A DNA stretch of 64,000 nucleotides from assembly GCA_963845755.1 (NCBI GenBank), contig CAWJTV010000005.1:576001-640000 (forward strand). The letters run 5' to 3'. The first letter of the stretch is position 1. Each line of letters opens with the position of its first letter. This DNA is from an uncultured Planctomycetota bacterium. GTDB taxonomy: Bacteria; Planctomycetota; Planctomycetia; Isosphaerales; Isosphaeraceae. Of this stretch, positions 55,607-64,000 are shown piece after piece. The notes under the pieces were generated by a model. The model had not been told where the DNA came from. It did not search any database and saw only the letters and a program-made list of their open reading frames with translations. The position numbers were made by a program, and so were the translations under genes.

Positions 55607-56579
55607 ATGCACAGGCGTCAGGTCTTACGGATGGGCTTGGGGATCACAGGTGCGATGATCGCGAACGTGAGCTCGCGGGGCGATGAACCCCCCGATGATT
55701 CCGACCCCGCCCCGCTCCTTGCGAAGATCGGTCCGACACTCAGCAAGATTCCGATCCAGGTCGCCCACATCGCCGACGGCCTCGACCTGATCCAGGGTCC
55801 TGGCGGCAACATCGCCGTGCTGCGCGGTGCGGACAGTCTCTTGTTGGTCAACGCAGGGATCCCCGCGGGGACCGGAAGTTCTGGAGAAGGCCAAGGAGAT
55901 CGGCGGCAAGCCGGTGTCGGTGCTCGTCAATACGCACTGGCACTTCGACCACGCGGGCGGCAACGAGGTCTTCGGCCATGCCGGGGCCGTCATCATCGCG
56001 ACCGACGCGACACGCAAGCGCCTGTCAACCGATCAGTATACCGAGGTGTTCAAGATGACGACCCCGGCATCGCCCGCGGTTGCCCTTCCCTCGTTGACGT
56101 TCGACGAGGCCACGCTGCACGTTGGCGACGAGACGATCCATCTGTTTGCCGTCCCTCCTGCGCATACGGATGGCGACCTTGTCGTCCACTTCACGTCGCG
56201 CGACGTGATCCATACCGGCGATCTCTTCTCCAATGGCTTCTATCCCAACATCGACGCTTCGAGTCGTGGGTGGATCGGTGGCATGATCGCCGCGGCGGAT
56301 CGCGTGCTCAAGCTCGCCGGGCCGGATACGAAGATCATTCCCGGGCACGGGCCGGTTGGCAACAGGGAGAACCTTGCAGCCTTTCGCAAGATGCTCGTCA
56401 CGATCCACGATCGACTCTCGCCGATGCTCGATGCCGGCAAGACCATCATAGAGGCCATCGACGCCAAGCCGACAAAAGATCTTGACGCCACATGGGCCAA
56501 GGGCTTCTTCAACGGAGGGATCTTCACTCGGATCGCCTACGACGGGATGTTGAAGCACCGCGTGCTCGGCCCGAAGTGA
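55607..56579 (+). CDS. MBL-fold metallo-hydrolase with Tat-like signal (frameshift near 55868)
   Basis: HRRQVL, THWHFDH, AHTDGD, TGD, IPGHG. Confidence 0.9.
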
Positions 56580-56815
56580 TCGCGCGCCTTGATTGCGCGG
56601 GACCAAGATTTCCGAGTAACTTGAGATTGGGTGACGTCGTATCCAGCGATCGGCCCCATAATGCCGGGCACTGGACGACGCCACCCGATTTTCGTCCGTT
56701 GTCTCGGGACCTCGCGAGCGACCGGCCCATGGCGGTTCGATCCCGGCCGTCCTTCGGGCCAGGCCGGTCGGTCGCGTTGGCAGGATTACGCGGTCACGGA
56801 GGAGGAGCGGGAAGA

Positions 56816-57652
56816 TTACCGCGTCGTGTTTCGCTGGCGCATGCGTAGCAGCAGTTCCTGGATGGCCTTGGGCGAGCTGATCACCACCAAGCCGTCCTTG
56901 ATCGTGTAGGTCAGGCGAAGCTGCCTGAGGAGCAAACGGAGCGTCGTCTTGAGTGGCACGCCCTCGAGGTCGATCGAGATCGTCGAGGCGAGAGTCATTC
57001 CGACCTCCTGGAGCCCGAAGGCGTCGACCACGAAGGCGATGCCGGGATCGGTGGGGTTTGTGGTCGCCTGGGTGACGTACTTCAGAAGATCCTCCAGCGG
57101 CGTCTCGTTGGCGAACGACATCGAGATCGGCTCGTCGAGCCTGGCCAATACCGACTTCGTACTCGGTGTGTGCAGCCTGGGCAAGGTCACCGCGTCCTCC
57201 TGCTCCCTTACGATCCCAGAGGGCGAGCTGATGATCAGCACGCCATCCTTCACGGCGTACTCCAGGCCGAGCTGGGCGAGCACCTGGGCCAGGGCATCCT
57301 TCAACGGAATGCTCTCCGCGTTGATCGTGATGGTCAACAGCAGCGTCTTCTCGGCATCCTGCAGTCCGACCGGATCGAGGTAGATCGGAACCCCATTGGG
57401 GAACGGATCGTTGCTGGTGACCTGTTTGATGGATTTCAACACGTCATCGAGCGCGGTCGGTTTGCGAAATACGATGGAGACGGGCTTCTCGAGAGCAGCC
57501 TTGAGAGCGCGGATCCGGGGCAAGTCGGGGGTCGTAGGCGAAGTGTCTGCCCGTCTCTCCTGCGTCAACCCAACGGTACAGGTCGCGAGCGCGAGGGCTG
57601 CCCCGATTACAAACGTGGCCGCGGCCGACATCTTCAGCTTGATGAGGATCAT
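56816..57652 (-). CDS. Membrane-anchored protein with two tandem STN-like domains
   Basis: Internal duplication LEKPVSIVF..LDDVLKSIKQ..G..IYLDPVGLQ / LDEPISMSF..LEDLLKYVTQ..GIAFVVDAFGLQ, each ending VKDGVLIISSP-like. Confidence 0.7.
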   Translation of the reverse strand: MILIKLKMSAAATFVIGAALALATCTVGLTQERRADTSPTTPDLPRIRALKAALEKPVSIVFRKPTALDDVLKSIKQVTSNDPFPNGVPIYLDPVGLQDAEKTLLLTITINAESIPLKDALAQVLAQLGLEYAVKDGVLIISSPSGIVREQEDAVTLPRLHTPSTKSVLARLDEPISMSFANETPLEDLLKYVTQATTNPTDPGIAFVVDAFGLQEVGMTLASTISIDLEGVPLKTTLRLLLRQLRLTYTIKDGLVVISSPKAIQELLLRMRQRNTTR

Positions 57653-57819
57653 GGCTTTCGATGCCTCTTTCCAGAGAGTCGAGATCACGCCCTGGAATGC
57701 CCCGGGCCGGACGACCACGCTCGCCGCGAGTGGAACTGCCCCCAAAGCGACTGTCGAACCCCTCCGCGGATCGCGGAGGATCCGCGGGGTTCGCCGCGAA
57801 AGCGTCTTCGATCTGACTG

Positions 57820-57848
57820 ATTATAGGTGGTTGGCGAAACCTGGACAA
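57820..57848 (-). promoter_or_regulatory. Sigma70-like promoter
   Basis: Minus strand TTGTCC-N17-TATAAT. Confidence 0.6.
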
Positions 57849-57937
57849 GCGCACCGCGCATGGAACAGGAGTGTTACGCCGCAGCGAGTCATCGGCCTCC
57901 TGCGACGCCTCGCGATCATCATGGTCGTCGCCGCCAC

Positions 57938-60109
57938 TCACGAATGTGGGGTGTCGCTCCGGAGTCGAGGCCGGTTCACGAGCGATTCGAAGTTCGGCGC
58001 GGACTCCTCGAAGCGATGGAATACGGTCCGGTGCGGGTAGGGGATCTCGATGCCGAGATCGTCGAACTTGGCTTTGATTCGGCGGAGCAGCTCGCGCTTG
58101 ACCGTCCATTGCTGCAAAGGGCGGGTCTTGATGTAGAACTTGATGATCACCGCCGAGTCGGCCAGCGCATCGACGCCGAGCATCGTGAGCGGTTCGAGGA
58201 TCACCGCCGAATAGGGGGGCTCTTTGCGAATCTGCTCTCCGAGCTCGTTGATGACCGCCATCACGCGATCGACGTCCTCCTTGTAGGCCACGCCCACGTC
58301 GAACAAGGCGCACGACCAGCCGTGCGTCATGTTCGTCACGGTCGTCACCTGTCCATTAGGAACGAAATGGACGTTCCCTTCCAGGTCCCGCAGTACCGTC
58401 ATGCGCAATGTGATCTGCTCGACCTGGCCCGAGATGTCGCCGATCTTGACCACGTCATTGAGCTTGTACTGGTTCTCCAGGAGGATGACGAATCCGTAGA
58501 AATAGTCGCGGATCAGATTCTGTGCGCCGAACGCGACCGCCAAGCCGAAGACCGCCGCACCGCCGAGCAACGGAGCGATTGGAATGCCCGCCTCCTGGAG
58601 AACCATCAAGATTCCCCCGCCGGTGATGGCGACCGACAGCGCATTGTGGAAGACACTGACGAGCGTATTCGCGCGGGCCTCGCGCTCCTCGCTCGTACCC
58701 GTGCCGCGGTGGCCGGCACGCACCATCACATGAACGAAGCGGTGACTGAGCTGCCTGGTCATCCAATGCAAGGAAAGCATCGCCAGGATCACTGCCAAAA
58801 TCTTGGGTCCGTGGTCGATCGTCCAGATGACCACGTTGCGCGGCGCGAACGGGTTCTGAAGGTCACGGACCTTCGCCAGGGCGGCTTCCGACTCGTGCTC
58901 TTTCGTCTCCGCCGTCTTCCTGGCTTCCCGCTCCTGGGTCAAGAGTGATGCGCGCTGGGATTGCAGCCGGTCGAGCTCATCGGTGCGCTTGCGGACTTCG
59001 GCGCGATGCTTGAGGAACTCGGTCTCGGCCTCGCGCATCTTCTTGACCAGCGGCTCGAGCTTCTCAGGGGGAGTCCCCGCAATCGTTCGCGCCTGGAGGA
59101 GATCGGCGAGCGTCTTGTGCGTCTCGTTCGCGTTATCGGAGAGCTTGTGAGTGGTTTCGAGCGCCTTCTGTTGCAAGGCGATGCTCCTGTTCAGGACCTC
59201 CAGACGCTCGGCGAGGGACAGGTCCTCTTTCTCGGCCTCCCTGGCGGCCTGGGCCTTCGCGTCCGCTTCTTCTTCGGCCTTCAGGAGTTCCTTGTTTCCG
59301 GTCTTCATCTCGGGAGCCGGCGAGGATGTTACAAGGTCCGATTTCGGGTGAACGGTTGCGGACGATTGAGGCGCAGGCAGTCCCACGGCGGGCGACTTCG
59401 CCGGGAGACCTTCCGCCGGCTTCGAGGTAACTGGCAGTGCGAGAACCCCCGATGGCTGAACGGACGCGGGCAGGGCCGAAGTTACTGGCATCGTACTCGC
59501 TCCGGCTCTGCCTGGCTCGGGCTTCGCTGTGAGGACGGTCCGGCCGGTCAGGATGTCGAGCGCGGCACGGTCGCGACCGACCTTGTCTTCCAGAGTCGCG
59601 ACTTGAAGGTTGAGCGTCTTCCGCTCGTCGATCTCGAGCTCGGAGCGATTCTTGGCGAGCGTCCACATCTTCTTCAGGTTGACGACCTTGCTCTCGAGGA
59701 CCTTGGCCTCTGCTGTCCTTCCGAGTCGGTCCAGTGCCGCTTTCGCTTTCTTCCGTTCTTCCAGGAGCTTGTCGATCCGATCGAACTCCGCGAGCGCCCT
59801 GGCGTACTCGCTCTCAGGATCCTTCAACTCGGTCCTCAGGTCCGCGAGCTCCTGTTCCTCCGATTGAATCGTCCGTTCCAACTGGGCGATCTGCTGGGCT
59901 ACTGAGAGCGGAGAGACCTCTTGATCGCCGAGCTGGACCTGCTTCACGGCGTCGTTCGAGCTCGATCGACTCTGTTCGGCCTGCGGTACCGCCGGAAACT
60001 GTTCCTCCAGCGTCACTTCCCATTCCGCGGATCCATCATCCGCCCGCATCGGGACTGACGGAACTCCCAGCGCCAACGCCAGGAGGAGGGCCGAATTGAG
60101 GTTCAACAT
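57938..60109 (-). CDS. MscS-family mechanosensitive channel with large N-terminal coiled-coil region
   Basis: GGAGGT RBS; signal peptide; GLAVAFGAQNLIRD, G.VEQITLR, VPNG, GIEIPYP. Confidence 0.92.
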   Translation of the reverse strand: MLNLNSALLLALALGVPSVPMRADDGSAEWEVTLEEQFPAVPQAEQSRSSSNDAVKQVQLGDQEVSPLSVAQQIAQLERTIQSEEQELADLRTELKDPESEYARALAEFDRIDKLLEERKKAKAALDRLGRTAEAKVLESKVVNLKKMWTLAKNRSELEIDERKTLNLQVATLEDKVGRDRAALDILTGRTVLTAKPEPGRAGASTMPVTSALPASVQPSGVLALPVTSKPAEGLPAKSPAVGLPAPQSSATVHPKSDLVTSSPAPEMKTGNKELLKAEEEADAKAQAAREAEKEDLSLAERLEVLNRSIALQQKALETTHKLSDNANETHKTLADLLQARTIAGTPPEKLEPLVKKMREAETEFLKHRAEVRKRTDELDRLQSQRASLLTQEREARKTAETKEHESEAALAKVRDLQNPFAPRNVVIWTIDHGPKILAVILAMLSLHWMTRQLSHRFVHVMVRAGHRGTGTSEEREARANTLVSVFHNALSVAITGGGILMVLQEAGIPIAPLLGGAAVFGLAVAFGAQNLIRDYFYGFVILLENQYKLNDVVKIGDISGQVEQITLRMTVLRDLEGNVHFVPNGQVTTVTNMTHGWSCALFDVGVAYKEDVDRVMAVINELGEQIRKEPPYSAVILEPLTMLGVDALADSAVIIKFYIKTRPLQQWTVKRELLRRIKAKFDDLGIEIPYPHRTVFHRFEESAPNFESLVNRPRLRSDTPHS

Positions 60110-60280
60110 GGTAACCTCCTTTCTCAGAATGAGTTCGCGGAAGATGCCAGCTCGACCTCAAGGGCAACACCGGCGTCCTCTCGCAAGAGCCACGTTCGCC
60201 TCTCGCGAAGACCGTGCCGATCCTCGATGATCGGGAGACCGGTGTCTCGAAGACGTTGTGCGTTAATGGGATCGTGGCGG

Positions 60281-62105
60281 TTATCTCGGGGACCGATCCG
60301 CCGATCTGTGGACATCGACAAGATGTCCTGTGTGCCGATCGTCGAGGGATGAGGTCAGCGATCCTCCGGTGTTCTCTAACTGAAGGAGATCGGCCGTACG
60401 GTAGATGGCGATCGTCGCATCGTCGGTGAAGCGGACTGGCTCGACGCCGTTCAACGGGAGGAATAACCCGCGCGGACCATAAGGACCCCACTGGAGCGAC
60501 GCCGAGACGGCGAGATAGTTCGTCCGAGGGGCGAGGTCGATGGGGAGATGTACATTCGCGTTCGCCGCGCGCACCGTGTAGCTTTGGCCGGCGACTCCGT
60601 AAAGGGCCGGATCATTGTCTCCGAAGTAGTAGAACGTCAGGTCACGGTACTCGGGGTATGTCTGCTGAAGGCGAGCCATCGATTTCAGACCTTGTCCCCA
60701 GTCCAGGTTCGAGTCGGAGAGGATGTGACGGCCGCCGATCGGGCCACCGGCAAGTGCGTTGAAATAGGACAGCTCGTACGGATGGATCGATGCGATGGCC
60801 ACCGCCTGGGCGACCACGCCCGCATACGCCAGTCGACGGGGCCACTTCGTGCTTTCCGCGAGCCCGGAGATCCAGACGATCGCCAACGGTGCAATCGGCA
60901 GCAGGTAGCGGAACCCGAGGTTGCGCGTCGAGCCGAACGAGGCGACGATGAGGTACGCGACTGCCGCCACCGGTAGGACCCAATCGCGTCCCGAGGATCG
61001 GACACGTCGGGCGAATGCCGCACGCGCGGCGAGGACCAGCCAGAACGTCAGCGGGACCTTCACCGCCAGTGCCACGAGGAAGTAATAGCGCCAGCCCGTA
61101 TCGCGCAGCTCGCCGAGCAGGTAGCCCGTCGCACCGGAACGTTGCATGATCGCCTGCCGGCCGAAACCGACCCAGTCTTGCGGGAACGATGACTCGGCAA
61201 TGCGCTCGAGCAGGCCGCCGATCGTCGGGCCAAACTTGCCGTCGAAACTCGGATGGGCGCCGGTCCGAGGGCTCATCGGCAACATGGCGCCACCCGTAAT
61301 GAGGACATCCGACATGGCCATGACCGCGGTGAAACTCAGGATGCCCGCAGCCACGGTCATAACCAGACGAACGGGGCGACGGTCGCCGTCTCGCCAGCGG
61401 GCGAGGCACCAGAGCATTGCGAAGATCGGAGGGGCGACGACTGCGGTGAACTTGCAGGAGAACGCCAGACCGCCCAGGATCGCCGAGGCGACGAAGGCGC
61501 GGCGATCACCGGTCCGAAGGAAGACCCAGAACAGGAGCGTCATGCCGGTCATCGCCGCGATGATCGGGGTCTCCATGGTGATCAGGGGGCCGTGCGCCAG
61601 GATGTTTGGGCTCAGGGCGAACCACCATGCCGCCAGGACCATCGCGCAGGGGACCGTACAGCCGCCGGCTCCAGTAAACCACCAGGGCCAATGCCACCAG
61701 CCAGACCCAGAGTGCCGCCAGTCGTGCCAGCGGCAACAAGATCACCTCGAATTTCTCGGGATGGTCGATCCACTCGCCGAATCCGATCTGGTCCAGCGTC
61801 CAGAGCATCGGAGCCTGCTGGAGCTTCCAGAACGTGAGCGGCGAGCCGGCGCGCGTGATCCGGACCTGATCGCCGGTCCGCCACCAGTGCGAGGCGACCG
61901 AGAGATACATCACCTCGTCGTAGGTCGCCGAGCTCTTCATGAGCGAGTCGGCCATCAGGACCAGGCCCGTCGCGGCCGCCAGGACGACCAGAATGGCTCG
62001 GGACAGTCGGCCGGTTTGTGAGGCGGGAGTGGAGGGAGGTGGAGGTGGCGAATTGAGATGTCCGGATTGATCGATCACGTTCGGCTGCGGATCCGTCCGC
62101 GTCAT
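60281..62105 (-). CDS. GT-C (ArnT/PMT, GT39/83-like) glycosyltransferase (frameshift near 61648)
   Basis: SATYDE, SPNILAHG, KFTA, RYLLP, SYFN..GG, DSNLDWGQ. Confidence 0.85.
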
Positions 62106-62200
62106 GGTTGCACTCCTTTTGATGGTGGCTCGGTTTCCACGGGGCGATTGGCCGAAAGCGAACCGGGATTCTCGATCCCGAGTTAAGGGTCAGGGGTTTG

Positions 62201-62259
62201 GAGCTCCGAATTCAGAATACCATGATCCAAGATTCCGTGATTCACGATTCAAGAATCCG
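62201..62259 (+). repeat. Degenerate GATTC/GAATC heptamer-like tandem array
   Basis: gaattca gaatacc.. gatccaa gattccg. gattcac gattcaa gaatccg. Confidence 0.6.
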
Positions 62260-63326
62260 AGGGTCCGGATTTGAAGACTCCGACGTCGTCACGAGGGCGA
62301 AGGATCGTCAAACCTTCGGATTGACTCCGTCTCAAATCGTTCACGATCCGGGCGATTGTAAGTGCGTCGCGGATCGTCGGGGCGAGCGCATGATCGCCGC
62401 GGACCAGCCGGTGGAACTGATCGTTGAGCACGTCGCCGACGGTGGGCTCCAAGGGGAGTCGCTCGTCGTGGATTCCGCCTGCACCGGACCACTGGATGCG
62501 CTCCGGCATCTCGAGAAAAGCCGCCCCGCGCTCGGCAAAGACCTGAAAGCCGGGAGCCGGCAAGAACCGGCTGGCCTCACCCCAGCAGATCCGGTGATAT
62601 CGCGCGAAGGAGACATGAGCCGTCGCACCTTCGGAAAACGTTGCGGTGAAACTCTCGAAGTCCGATTCCGGATCGGCGGGTCCGTCCGTCCGGATGACCT
62701 GACGCCGAAAGCCCTGCACCGATTCGGGCAATCCCTGAAAGATAAACCCGCACCAGTCGAGCAAATAGCTGCCCGGGTCGATCAGCAACGGTGCCGGAGT
62801 GATCTGGGTGGTCGGACCGGGAACTGCATATCGGTCGAAACCATAAAGGCGCGAGTGACCCAGGACCAGGCGAGGGGGTCCCAGTTGCGTCGCCAGCAAC
62901 TCTTTGAGCCGGAGACTCGCAGGATAGCAACGCCGGGCGAACTCCGGCATGAAGACAATCCCGCTGGATTCCACCAGCTTGACCAGCCCTTCCAGCTCCG
63001 TCAGGTCGTCGGAGAGCGGCAGGGCACAATACACCGGCTTCCCCGAGGCACACACCAACCGGATCGGATGCAGTCCGAACCACTGGCGCGAGAGGAGGTA
63101 GATCACATCGACGTCGGGTCGCTCGACCAGTCCCGAGAGCCCCTCACAGGCCGCACAATCGATCTGTTCCGCCTCGATCTCGGCGCGGCGGAAGACATGG
63201 TCGTAGACCGCCGTGACCCGGAATCGATCCGAGAGGCGTGCTAATGACGGCTTGTGCCGTGTCTCCCAGAGTCGAACCCAAGCCGATGACACCGACCCGG
63301 AGCCGAACATGACTCGCCCCGACCAA
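62249..63326 (-). CDS. Gfo/Idh/MocA-fold protein, atypical (frameshift near 63275)
   Basis: Restored [31 protein letters not shown]. Confidence 0.8.
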
Positions 63327-63587
63327 GCCATCCTCCTCGCGATCCTCGCTTCCGTCTCGCCCCTCATGGCTGCCTCCAGAAGCTTAACAACTGGTCGCAT
63401 TTTGAGCTACCCAAAACGTGTTTCGTCAGTAGTCATTGGGGGGAGAAGCGGTGGTTGCGAAAGGAACGACCCCGGATCCGCACCGACTGGGACGTTCCGG
63501 TATTCACGGAAGGGCCGGGCTTTCCGACAATTCCCCGGGTATGATAAACCCCAGACCACCGCAGATTCATCGTGTTGGAGCCCATCA

Positions 63588-64000
63588 ATGCGTGCCGTCT
63601 TGCAACGAGTGAGTCGGTCGTCGGTGGAGGTGGATGGCGCCTGTGTGGGTCGGATCGAGCACGGCTGGCTGGTGCTGCTCGGCGTCGAACGGGGCGATGG
63701 TGACGCGGATGCGGCGTGGATTGCCGACAAGGTGCTGAACGTCCGCGCGTTCGAGGACGATCAGGGGAAGATGAACCGGAGCGTCGGTGATGTGGGTGGG
63801 GGCATCCTGGTAGTCAGCCAGTTCACGTTGCTGGGTGATTGCCGGGGCGGCCGACGCCCCAGCTTCACGGCGGCGGCCGAGCCGGGAGTAGCGGAGCGGT
63901 TGTATCGGCATTGTGCGGAGGTGCTGGCACACTCGGGGCTGAACGTTGCGACCGGGGTCTTTCGCGCGATGATGAAGGTTGAGCTGGTCAACGACGGACC
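63588..64000 (+). CDS. dtd: D-aminoacyl-tRNA deacylase, 3' truncated by window end (absent from ORF track)
   Basis: [37 protein letters not shown]. Confidence 0.95.
   Translation, partial: MRAVLQRVSRSSVEVDGACVGRIEHGWLVLLGVERGDGDADAAWIADKVLNVRAFEDDQGKMNRSVGDVGGGILVVSQFTLLGDCRGGRRPSFTAAAEPGVAERLYRHCAEVLAHSGLNVATGVFRAMMKVELVNDG

Noticed and set aside
56025..56579. MBL gene as an acquired beta-lactamase
   Set aside because: HxHxDH is shared by the whole fold; no mobile-element context or specific carbapenemase resemblance
57750..57800. GGTTCGA-containing hairpin as tRNA or tmRNA
   Set aside because: No cloverleaf, acceptor stem or CCA end could be built

Overview
GC-rich bacterial chromosomal segment, inferred to be Planctomycetota (Isosphaeraceae-like) from two DUF1501 genes, a DUF1549/DUF1553 planctomycete cytochrome c, a PVC-type heme-binding CxxCH protein and a CRTAC1/ASPIC-UnbV protein. 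It holds about 45 genes, mostly core or cell-envelope functions: MoxR-DUF58-transglutaminase, a divergent YchF, two S41 proteases, PepA, AsnB, MscS, GT39, an ArsR-SDR-MBL cluster and dtd. I found no rRNA, tRNA, CRISPR array, transposase, integrase or phage gene. About 20 genes are split by single-base frameshifts, most likely long-read consensus errors. These errors are not random: at least five are one-base insertions in GTCGAC and several others fall in GCGC/CGCG, suggesting a host cytosine-methylation footprint. Other leads: a probable operon at 17.5-23.7 kb (RPP-ending secreted leader ORF, lipoprotein, membrane cytochrome-b-like/pentaheme/TPR protein, ASPIC-UnbV lipoprotein); an internally collapsed TPR paralog; an unannotated 52-aa ORF between the nitrilase-family gene and asnB; an AT-rich spacer with a thrice-repeated 12-mer; and several proteins with degenerate catalytic motifs. 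All family calls are by eye; no database searches were run.
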